NCBI GenBank assembly: GCA_963833125.1
Contig: CAWHWX010000002.1
Span: 1-18,653, forward strand
Length of the DNA stretch: 18,653 bases
From: Candidatus Bathyarchaeota archaeon
GTDB taxonomy: Archaea; Thermoproteota; Bathyarchaeia; 40CM-2-53-6
Direction: 5' to 3'
The position numbers and the translations under genes were made by a program. Below the pieces are notes generated by a model that did no database searches, was not told the origin of the DNA, and was given only the letters and a program-made list of their open reading frames with translations. Position 1 is the first letter of the stretch. The number at the start of each line of letters is the position of its first letter. Below, in pieces: positions 9,385 to 18,653 of the stretch.

Positions 9385-10404
9385 ATGGCGACCATAACCG
9401 AAGTACAAGAAGTACCGCAAAACGACTACGCAAAGTACGGCCTAACGAAGGATCTCTTACGTGAAATGCTCAGGAAGATGCTCATTATCAGAAAGTTCGA
9501 GGAGAAAGTCGAGGAACTATTCATTGTCAAAGGGTTATTGATAGGCCCATCTCACCTGTACCTAGGCCAAGAGGCGATAGCGACAGGCGCAATGATGGCG
9601 CTTCAGCCCAACGATTTAACGGTAACCACATATCGCGGCCACGGACACGCTCTTGCCAAAGATGTTCCGTCCAACCTCTGCATGGCGGAACTTTTCGGAA
9701 AATCAACGGGTAACTGCAAAGGGCTAGGCGGCTCCATGCACGTTGCAATCTACCCCAAAACGGGTTCCATTTACGCCACGGCTATAGTTGGTAGCGGAAT
9801 ACCCATCACCGCCGGGGTTGGGCTAGGCCTCAAACAAAAGAAGACAAAGCAGATTGCCGCCACATTCTTCGGCGACGGTGCTTGCAATACTGGCGCGTTC
9901 CATGAGGGTGTAAACCTCATCGCCCTTTGGAAGCTACCGGTTCTACTATTCTGCGAGAACAATCAGTACGGAATGTCCACCAATGTCAAGATGTCAGTTT
10001 CAAGCCCAAGCATCGCTGAGAGAGCCCGCTCCTACGGAATGGAAACGACGGTTGTCAATGGAAATGATGTTGTAGCGGTATACGCCGCAACCAAATCCGC
10101 TGCTGAAAAGGCCCGCAGAGACTCCACCCCAACGTTCCTTGAATGCCTAACTTACAAGATGAAAGGTCACGGAGTCTATGACAAGGGAGAATATCGTCCC
10201 AAGGAAGAAGTCGCGAAATGGCTCGAACGCGATCCTATTCTTACATTCAAGAAACGGCTCCTAGACCAGAAGATCATGACAAAGGCAGAACTTGAACAAC
10301 TCGACGCGACAACACAACAAGAAATCGAGGACTCGGTTAAATTCGCCATGCAAGGTTCACCTTTACCTTTCGACGAGATCGGAAACTACGTTTACGCAAA
10401 GTGA
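9385..10404 (+). CDS. TPP-dependent dehydrogenase E1 alpha (acetoin/pyruvate dehydrogenase-type)
   Basis: Intact 339 aa: [34 protein letters not shown] motif, RDPI. Confidence 0.95.
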   Translation: MATITEVQEVPQNDYAKYGLTKDLLREMLRKMLIIRKFEEKVEELFIVKGLLIGPSHLYLGQEAIATGAMMALQPNDLTVTTYRGHGHALAKDVPSNLCMAELFGKSTGNCKGLGGSMHVAIYPKTGSIYATAIVGSGIPITAGVGLGLKQKKTKQIAATFFGDGACNTGAFHEGVNLIALWKLPVLLFCENNQYGMSTNVKMSVSSPSIAERARSYGMETTVVNGNDVVAVYAATKSAAEKARRDSTPTFLECLTYKMKGHGVYDKGEYRPKEEVAKWLERDPILTFKKRLLDQKIMTKAELEQLDATTQQEIEDSVKFAMQGSPLPFDEIGNYVYAK

Positions 10405-10409
10405 TACCA

Positions 10410-11388
10410 ATGAAAGAACTCACTTATGCTGACGCACTCCGTGAAGCGCTGCGCGAAGAAATGATCCGTGATCCGAACGTGATACTTCTCGGGGAAGAAA
10501 TCGGCGTCTTCAACGGGGTCTACAAGGTTACTAGAGGTTTGCTCGACGAATTCGGGCCTGAACGTGTTAGGGATACTCCAATCTCAGAAGCAGCCATCAC
10601 TGGGGCGGCAGTGGGTTTGGCGTTGGCTGGCATGAGGCCCGTAGCCGAAATCATGTACATGGATTTCCTCCCCATATGCATGGATCAGTTGTCTACCCAA
10701 GCTGCAAAAATGCGCTTCATGAGTGGAGGTCAACTCCAGGTACCCATGGTCTTGAGAACCCAATACAGCCTCGGCCTGCAAACATGGATCACAGCACTCA
10801 CAATTCACGCCCGCTTGGTTTCTGCAGGCACCAGGATTGAAGGAAGCATTGCCCGCTGATCCAAGCGACGCTAAAGGCCTACTGAAGTCAGCAATACGAG
10901 ATCCCAACCCAGTCCTCTTCGTAGAGAGTGGCCTACTCTACCGAACTAAAGGACCAGTACCCGAAGAAGAATACCTAACCCCTCTCGGACAAGCAGCCGT
11001 GAAGAAGAAGGGGAATGATGTCACAATTGTAGGAGTTTCAAGAATGGTTAATGAATCTCTCGCAGCCGCGAAAAAACTTGAAGATAATGGCGTCTCAGCT
11101 GAAGTCATAGAGTGATAACAATACAACTGCTCGACCTTGATACAATCGTCGAGTCAGTTAAACGAACTTCCAGGCTGGTGATCGCATCCGATGATGTAAA
11201 GAGAGGTGGCGTGGGAGCCGAGATCTCAGCCTCAGTCACAGAGGCGGCCTTCGACTACTTAGATGCACCAATTACACGGGTCGCATGCCCGGACATGCCA
11301 ATACCATTCTCACCCTCCCCTCGAGCAGCAGTATATGCCCAACGCAGCGAGCGTAGTCCAAGCCGTCCAAACCATATTGGGCAAGTGA
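10410..11388 (+). CDS. TPP-dependent dehydrogenase E1 beta, frameshifted
   Basis: [35 protein letters not shown] after frame correction, [32 protein letters not shown]; stop TGA 11386-11388. Confidence 0.93.
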
Positions 11389-11394
11389 TTCATC

Positions 11395-12556
11395 TTGACG
11401 CAAGTTGTGATGCCGGCTTGATCCTGGAATGCAATCAGGCAAGATAGTTGAATGGCTGAAGAAGGAGGGCGAGTTGGTTAGAAAAGGCGAACCCATACTC
11501 GTCGTAGAAGGAGAGAAAACCACATTCGAAGTTGAAGCTCCAGACAGCGGCCCCTTAACCAAAATTCTAGCCAGCATCGGGACAGATGTCCAAGTTGCCG
11601 AACCAATCGCAATCATCGGAGAAGCCGGATCGGCAACACCCCAATCAGTACCAAACGAGAAAACTGAGCAAGAGCGACCACAGCAACCTTCTCTGTCCCT
11701 GCCTCCGGAACTCCGTCGGATCGGGTAATTGCATCTCCCGCAGCACGGCGTTTAGCCCAAGAATACGGACTCGACCTAACCTCCCTAAAGGGAACTGGCC
11801 CAGGTGGCCGAAAAACGCGGGAAGATATCCTCGCAGCAAAACAAAGCACACCCGCATCGCAGTCTACCCAAATCCTCTCAAAGATGCCTCAACCCGCCGT
11901 TCTAAAGAGAACGAAACTCGCAGGGATCAGAAAGGCTGTAGCCGAAAGACTTTCGTTCAGTGTGCGAACAGTCGTCCCAGTCACGATTACCATCGAAGCA
12001 GACGCCACGAAACTATTGGCGATGAAAGAGCAGAGCCACGTTGGGTTCTCAGCTCTCGGAGTAAAAGCAGCTGCAAAAGCATTGGGTGACCATACCGATG
12101 TTAACTCAACAATAGAAGGCGACGAAATTACAAATTACTCTGACGTAAACGTCGCCGTAGCCATACACACCGAACAAGGCCTAGTTGCACCTGTAATCAG
12201 GAATGCAAACAAACTATCTCTGAAGGAGATTAGCTCAACGATTGAAGAGCTCGCCAAGAAAGCTGCCGAGAATCGCCTAACAATTGAGAACTTGACTGGC
12301 GGAACATTCACGGTAACCAACCTCGGCGCATTCGACGTCGAATCGTTCGCACCCGTCATCAACCCTCCTCAATGCGCAATTCTTGGTCTGGGCCGAATCG
12401 CCTACAAACCATTCGCCAACGGAAGTCAGGTATCCGGCTAGACCATCAACCCTACTAACACTAGTTTTCGATCATCGAATTATCGATGGTGTCCCGGCGG
12501 CTAAGTTCCTAAGGGACCTGAAACGTAATCTTGAGGAACCGGAAGGCCTGCTCTAA
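11395..12556 (+). CDS. Dihydrolipoamide acyltransferase E2 (one lipoyl domain, PSBD, catalytic domain), frameshifted
   Basis: Lipoyl domain EWLKKEGE..VEGEKTTFEVEAP; PSBD ASPAARRLAQEYGLDLTSLKGTGPGG; GGTFTVTNLG, PVINPPQCAILG; catalytic FDHRIIDG near 12465-12490; stop TAA 12554-12556. Confidence 0.92.
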
Positions 12557-12596
12557 CTCCAACCTTCGATCGACGGATTATCGAGTATCTAGAAGC

Positions 12597-13657
12597 CTAC
12601 TTTGTTGGCGGACGCAAGGCTATCTTCAATGCCTTTCCGCTTCCCATCAACTGAAGAGCTTCCTCAGCCCGATCAAGAGGCATCTCGTGGGAGATTAGCG
12701 GTTTTATGGATACCCGCCCCGACACGATCAATCGGAAGGCCCGTTCAACTGAGGAAGGTGTATGGTGGAACGCTCCTTGAACGTGCAATTCGCCATAGTG
12801 TATCCTCTCCGCTTCGAATGAAGCCATCGTCCCTGACGGGCATCCGCCAAAGAGGAGGATTGTCCCGCCCTTTCGTGCTAGACCCGGAGCCGCGTCCCAA
12901 GTTTCACGTCGGCCAACCGCTTCCACGACCATATCAGCTCCTCTCCCGTCAGTTAGCTCACGGACCCTTGCTACGAGATCCTCAGTTGACGAGTTTATCG
13001 TTACATCCACTCCAACTCCCTTAGCCTCCTTCAACCGGTCTTCCACGAGATCACACAATGCCACCTGACGTGCACCGTTGAGCCGGCGAGTTGGGCATGT
13101 AACAGACCTATCGGGCCACCACCGATGATTACGACAGTTGCTCCGGCAGGTAGGTCCTTAGTAAGGTCCCACCCGTGAACGACGCAAGCCAAAGGTTCTA
13201 GACTGGCCACAGTCTCGAGTGGCACGCCCTCCGGCACCTGAAATGTATTCTGCCGAACTATTTTTTCTGGAACTCGAATATATTCAGCGTACGTCCCTGG
13301 CCAAGTGAACCCAATTATGCTGTCATTCAAATGCTCGCACAGATTCGGTTGGTGCAAGAGGCAGTAGAAGCATCGATTGCAAGGGGCTGTGTTCGCAGCA
13401 ACCACTTTCATCCCAACGCTAAAGTTTGTGACCTCTTTGCCGAGGGCGGAAACGGTTCCGGCGAATTCATGTCCCATTATCTGGGGCGGTTTTGCGAGTA
13501 GGTGCCCGTGTTTGTACATCTTAACATCTGTGCCGCATGTCAAAGCGACGGCGCTTTTCACAATCAATTCTCCCGGTTCAGGTTCAGGCACAGAAACTTG
13601 TTCCACTTTGAGATTACCGGGTTCGTAGAACCTAACTGCGAGCATTGTGTTTGCCAT
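12597..13657 (-). CDS. Zn-dependent medium-chain dehydrogenase (polyol/threonine dehydrogenase-like), frameshifted near 13080
   Basis: LTCGTD, GHE, CNRCFYC..C, EPLACVVHG, GGGPIG, acidic DLVEDR (NAD preference); GAGGAGGT RBS. Confidence 0.92.
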
Positions 13658-13728
13658 GAATTGATTCTTAACCTCCTCTGGTTAGTTGATATTTAGCTCC
13701 GCTGCAACTGACTGGGCTTCGCAGTCTC

Positions 13729-14756
13729 TCATTCGTTCTCAACCATTATCTTAACCGCTTCCCCCGCATTCTCCGCGAGGCGAAGCGCGTCTATTGTTCG
13801 AGCGAGCGGGAACCTGTCCGTAATGACCTCTGATGGTCTAACTCGTTTACTCTCGATCAGTTGCATTGCCATTCGCATTTCAGTTTCGGATGTGGAGTAG
13901 CTCGACTGAAACCGTACTTCTCGGAGAAACATCTTACTCATATCCAGTGACATCGTCGCGCCTCGTGTTGGTGCGCCGAACAGAAGGACTGTTCCTCCTT
14001 TACGAACCGTGGCAAACGCTGATTCTAGCGCTTTCAAGTTGGCGGTTGCGACAATCGCATAATCAACCCCGAGGCCTCCGGTTAATAGGGAAATTGTCTT
14101 AGGGGCGTCGTCGGTTGTTGGATCGAATGATAAATCGGCGCCTAACTTGGTCGCGAAATGTCTACGTTGCTTAATCACATCAATAGCGTATACGGGTCCG
14201 GCCCCGAAGCATTTCAGGAGTTGTACATGAGTCAGACCAACTGGACCCAGACCATATATCGCGACACTGTTACCCACAGAAACGCCAACCTTACGAAGTG
14301 CTCGGATGCAACATGCTGTGGGCTCTGCCTGTGAGCCTTCCTCGAAACTCATGGAATCAGGCAACTTGTACACCGTTCCCCCGTTCACTAGCGCCTTTGG
14401 AACCCTGAAATATTCCCGAACCCGCAAGGATCGAGATTGCTTTTCGGATATTCTTCGCAAAGCGTTTCGAGGCCGTTCTTGCAAAAGTAGCAGTGGCGGC
14501 ATGACACATGATGGTGTACGACGACTCGATCGCCGACAGCAAAGTCTTTGATTTGTGTTCCGGCTTTGTGTATTACTCCAGATACCTCATGTCCAAGGAT
14601 GGGAGGAGTAATGTGTTCTCCATGAACCTTCTCCACATCAGTCCCGCAGATCCCACACGCTCGCATAGCCACGAGTATCTCGTCGGGATTAATCTCAGGC
14701 GTAGGGAGGTTCTGAATCTGAACCGTTCCATTCTCTTGGATGATTACGGCTTGCAC
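13729..14756 (-). CDS. Zn-dependent medium-chain dehydrogenase, frameshifted near 14420
   Basis: CGICGTD, GHE, HHHVSCRHCYFC..C, EPTACCIRA, GLGPVG, DVIKQR. Confidence 0.92.
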
Positions 14757-14759
14757 CGC

Positions 14760-14796
14760 TCAACCCTACCAAACATGTTCAAGGCTCTAGGGTTGA
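14760..14796. repeat. Perfect 9-bp inverted repeat just upstream of the dehydrogenase start
   Basis: TCAACCCTA (14760-14768), 19-nt spacer containing AACATGTT, TAGGGTTGA (14788-14796). Confidence 0.7.
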
Positions 14797-14914
14797 CTCT
14801 TATGAAGTAGGGACATATTTCAGAGACTCGATTAGCGATTACTGGTATCGAGCAGCCCAAGTAGTTCCACAAGATTCAAGGGTTAGAGGGACAGGTTGCC
14901 GAACTCGTTGCGTC

Positions 14915-15007
14915 GGGCTCGTGGTCCAGTCTGGTTAAGACGTCGCCCTCACATCTCCTAGGTGAGACCGGCGAAGATCCCCGGTTCAAATCCGGGCGGG
15001 CCCACCA
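14915..15007 (+). tRNA. tRNA-Val(CAC) with a 15-nt intron at position 37/38 (14954-14968) and encoded CCA
   Basis: Acceptor GGGCTCG/CGGGCCC, discriminator A 15004, CCA 15005-15007; anticodon stem TCGCC/GGCGA; loop CT-CAC-A^C; T arm CCCGG-TTCAAAT-CCGGG; BHB helix CTCA:TGAG. Confidence 0.96.
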
Positions 15008-15129
15008 CCCCACCACTCAAACATTTCATCTATCCTAGCCAGTCACGTCGCATTGTGTGCGCCGGATCGGGTAGCCTCTAAATATGAGCAGGCTATGAAA
15101 CATGAGTAACCGGTCAAGAGGTAAAACCA

Positions 15130-15408
15130 TTGAAGTCTAACATGAAAATGCTTGTTTACGCCGTTGTGGCTGGTGTCGTACTCACTCTGTTAACCGGCCT
15201 AATTGGTAACACCCCCGAGATCGGGGGTCAGCCGTTGATGGGGGCGGTTTACTTCGGATATCCATTCGCCTGGTTGGAGATGCTCGTCGTGGCTCCTCAA
15301 TATTTCCCATGGGTCGTCCGTCCCTTGCGATTAATCCTTGACATCGTCGTCTGGACGGTTGTAGTCTGGATTATCCTCTTCGTCGTGTCGAAGGCTAAGA
15401 AGAAGTAA
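15130..15408 (+). CDS. Hypothetical small membrane protein
   Basis: 92 aa, hydrophobic termini, GYPFAWL motif, basic C-tail; GAGGT RBS before TTG; TAAATA box near 15080. Confidence 0.75.
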   Translation: MKSNMKMLVYAVVAGVVLTLLTGLIGNTPEIGGQPLMGAVYFGYPFAWLEMLVVAPQYFPWVVRPLRLILDIVVWTVVVWIILFVVSKAKKK

Positions 15409-15433
15409 CCGCCAAGAATGGATTCCTTGCAGT

Positions 15434-18100
15434 TCAGCTTAGCTTCAGCTCTGCAAAAACATTCTCCTGTTCTCTCCGGATGGAGCAGCCAAGTTTTTCG
15501 CAGAGTCGGATCATCCTGAGATTCTCACCCATCACTGTACCATAAATCGATTCAATTCCTTTCTCCTTAGCGAATTCAATTAACATATCGACTAACTTGA
15601 CACCCAGACCCTTTCCCTGATATTTGTCGGCAACCACGACTGCGAATTCGCCCCGTTTCTTGTTGGGTTCGAGAATTAAACGGCTTACTCCGATCTCCAA
15701 CGTTCGGTTTCCTTCTCGGGTTTCCGCGATGATTGCCATCTCCCTGTCGTAGTCGATATTGCAGAAACGGACGAGGGCCTCATGTGGGAGGTCCTTGATT
15801 ATTTGGAAGAATCTGAATCGGCTTGTTTCCGTCGACAAGCCTCTTATGAATTCTAACTCTATGGGTTCGTCTTCCGGTTTTATGGGCCTTAGAGTGACTT
15901 CGGTCCCATCTTTCATTCTCCAGGGCATGACATATTTTGACGGGTAGGGTGTGATTACCAAATGGGGGTAGGGTTCGGTATGGTCGAGAGCGCGAGGATC
16001 AATAATCATCCTTGCGTCGAGAACGGAGAATTCACCCTTGGAGGCGATGAGTGGGTTGATGTCCATCTCAGCGATTTCGGGGAAGTCAACGATGAGATTG
16101 GAGAACCGTACCATGATCTCTTCGAGGGGTCGTATGTCGACGGGTTTCTTGTTCCGTAGACCTTTCGTAAGCGCTTTGAATATCTTTGTTTCTTCCATGA
16201 TGCGATGTGCGAGAATCTGATTTAGCGGCGCGAGTCCGAGCGAGACATCGTTAATGAGTTCAACTCCTGTCCCGCCCATTCCAAATAGAATCACAAATCC
16301 AAAATCCTTGTCCTTTTTCGCGCCTAGGATGAGTTCGTAGTCGATCTCAGATGCCATTTTTTGCACATAGATACCATCGATTTTAGCTTCAGGTTTGGCT
16401 TTGTGGGCTCTATCGATAATGGCCTTGTATGCATCCTTGACCGCTTGAGCTGAGTCAATGCGGGTAACGACTCCCCCAATGTCTGTTTTGTGAAGAATGT
16501 CTTCGGAGGAGATTTTCAACGCTACTGGGTAACCGATGTCTAACGCGATCATGGCCGCTTGGTCTGCGCTTTTGCTCAACGCACCCTTCGCTCTTGGGAT
16601 TGCGTAGGCGTCGAGGAATCGGTCAACTTCAGATTGATTGAGGGCTTTCCCGTCTTCGCTGCCTTGCGAATCAGTACTTTGAGATGGCTCTTTGGCGGAG
16701 AGAAGTCCACTTGTAATTCTTGTGGGGTTTGGTAGAGCTGGTCGAGGTTTCTTCTGTATTGGTACATGTACGTGTAGGTCTTTATCGCTTCTTCAGGCGT
16801 TGGGTAAGTCGGGATGTCGTTACGGTGGAATATTTCGCGACTTTCCCTGACGCTGCTCTCGCCCATCCAGACCGTAAGCATTGGTTTGCGTCTGTCCGCG
16901 GCGATTTTCGTAACGGCTTCGGCGAGCGGGGCGGGTTGACTCGTTCCTTGGGGAGTGTAGATTACAAGGAGTCCATCAACATTCGGATCCGCAATGCAGG
17001 TCTTCACAGCGAGTTCATACCGAGAGACGTCAGCGTCCCCTAGTATGTCGAGTGGATTTCCTCGGCTCCAGTATGGAGGAAGGGCTCCATTCAGTATTTT
17101 CATGGACTCGTCAGACAACTGTGCTAGTTGGCCACCATGAGTGACAATTGAGTCAGCTGCTAAGACCGCTGGTCCTCCAGCGTTGGTGACTATGGCTAAG
17201 TTCGGTCCCGCTGGCAGAAACCTTGAGTCTAGGACGGTGGCGCAATTGAAGAGGTCTCCAATTTCGTCGACCATCACAACGCCCGCTCTCTTGAAGGCGG
17301 CCTCGTAGACTGCGAAGTCACCCGCTAGTGCGCCTGTGTGTGAGGATGCTGCTTTTGCGCCAGCAGAGTTTCTTCCCGCCTTGATTACAATAATAGGTTT
17401 TGTGCGTGCAAAGCCTCTGGCCGAACTCATGAACTTCTTGGCGTTTCCGACGCCTTCCATGTAGATGATGATGCTCCTAGTGTTTGGGTCCTCGCCAAGG
17501 TAATCGATCATATCCCCATAGTCGATGTCTAGGGTCGATCCTAGCGAAGCGAAAATGCTGAAGCCTATGCCCGTGCTTACCGCCCAGTTGACTATCGCAG
17601 ATCCCAATGCTCCGCTCTGTGAGATGAATGCAATTTGGCCAGGTTGAGGGTTGTCTCTCAGGAACGTGGCATTGAGAGCTACCTGTGGCCTCGCCACGCC
17701 CACACAGTTTGGTCCTAGAATTCGAATGTCCTGCAGCGATTGAATTTGCTTAATCTCGCTCTCTAGTTCGACGCCTTCAGCTCCGATCTCTCGGAACCCG
17801 GCCGAAATGATGACGGTGCCTTCCACGCCAGCCTTCGCCGCACTCCGCTACTATGGACGGTACAGTCCTTGCTGGTGTAGCGATTACAGCCAGATCGATG
17901 TGTTCTGGTATCTTGGATATCGATGGGTAACACTTCAATCCCATGACGGTATCCTTGTTTATGTTCACTGGGTAGATTTTCCTGCGATCCTTGCCCAATA
18001 GTAGGTTTCTTGTCAGAGATTGACCGATCGATCCCTCGCTCTCAGAAGCCCCGATTATAGCAACGACTTTGGGGTTCAGCATTTTCTCGATACTGGCCAT
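15434..18100 (-). CDS. ADP-forming acyl-CoA ligase (alpha+beta) fused to C-terminal GNAT acetyltransferase (Pat-type architecture), frameshifted
   Basis: VAIIGAS..IYPVN; ILGPNCVG, ISQSGALG, ASSHTGALAG, NPLDILGDA; IGYPVALKISSEDILHKTDIGGV, EMDINPL; GNAT LRPIKPED..IDYDREMA..EFAVVVADKYQGKGLG. Confidence 0.93.
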
Positions 18101-18239
18101 TTTGAACTGGTCTGGTTCTGAGGTTAGGGCTAGTGATAAACGGGTTATCGGTGGTTCCTGACTATGGCAATTTGAATTGAGGACGATTTGGAACCGAAAC
18201 TTTCACAAGAAGTGAATTCGTACCTATTCTATTGTTTGG

Positions 18240-18653
18240 CTAGCGAATCAAAATGGCAGTTAGTACCCAAACGTCAACAGTGCTCCAAAGGTCATCTGCT
18301 GAAATCAGCGCCTCGACAGCCAGGCTAAGCGGGCTAGGCTCCCACTCCAGAAGCTACAAACCGAGTGAGCCGATACGCTTGCGGAACCGTTAGAAACACT
18401 AAGATGGTCGGCAGAGGCGCGGCGTTAGTCGCAACGAGCCCTGCTAAGATGATATATGCTCCAGCGATCATCGCACAAAAGAGCAAACGTGAAAAAACCC
18501 TACCTCGCTCCACGCCCCATGCCCTACATGCCAGTACTGCCCAAGTGATCCGATTTCGCTCGTTATCTTGTGCAATGTCTCGCAGGTTGTTAGCGTGAAG
18601 TATGGCCATTACTAGCAGCCCTACGGGGAGGGAGACGAGCAGTGGGGTCCATA
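18240..18653 (-). CDS. menA: UbiA-family prenyltransferase (MenA-like), 3' part, frameshifted
   Basis: SLPVGLLVMAILHANNLRDIAQD..RITWAVL is the MenA second Asp-rich motif. Frame-corrected C-terminus approximately MTFGALLTFG.LTAILIR* ends at 18240. Confidence 0.7.

Noticed and set aside
9385-12556. Assigning pdhABC or acoABC symbols
   Set aside because: The family is clear but the substrate is not: atypical active-site loop and context.
7712-12556. Programmed ribosomal frameshifting
   Set aside because: Breaks are scattered over unrelated genes without consistent slippery sites. Sequencing error is simpler.
14915-15007. tRNA as the integration site of a genomic island
   Set aside because: No integrase and no duplicated tRNA 3' end seen in the window.
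18135-18149. GATAA-N5-TTATC palindrome upstream of the ACD-GNAT gene
   Set aside because: Only 5-bp arms, overlapping a likely TATA box. Not distinguishable from chance.
1-18653. CRISPR arrays, transposases, rRNA
   Set aside because: No regularly spaced repeats, transposase motifs or rRNA-like sequence seen.

Overview
Archaeal DNA, probably TACK-like (inferred from an intron-containing tRNA with a bulge-helix-bulge motif, TATA-box promoters, frequent TTG/GTG starts and an archaeal-type APC permease). Most long genes are split by 1-nt indels, typical of unpolished long-read sequence, so genes were reassembled by eye across ORF fragments. Left: cyclase-family start, a DSD1/D-threonine-aldolase-like PLP enzyme, an SDR remnant, APC permease, CBS protein and a small membrane protein. 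Centre (4603-14756): a sugar/acyloin catabolic locus. One arm has an LLM oxidoreductase and a TIM-barrel sugar isomerase. The divergent arm has a VOC protein, class II aldolase, a close LsrK (autoinducer-2 kinase) homologue and TPP-dependent E1alpha/E1beta/E2. Two Zn-dehydrogenases converge on it. Right: tRNA-Val(CAC) with a 15-nt intron, a small membrane protein, an ADP-forming acyl-CoA ligase-GNAT fusion and the 3' end of a MenA-like prenyltransferase. The best candidate for an undescribed system is the archaeal lsrK locus, which has no lsrF/lsrG in the window and carries an acetoin-dehydrogenase-like complex instead. All family calls come from motif recognition, not database searches.
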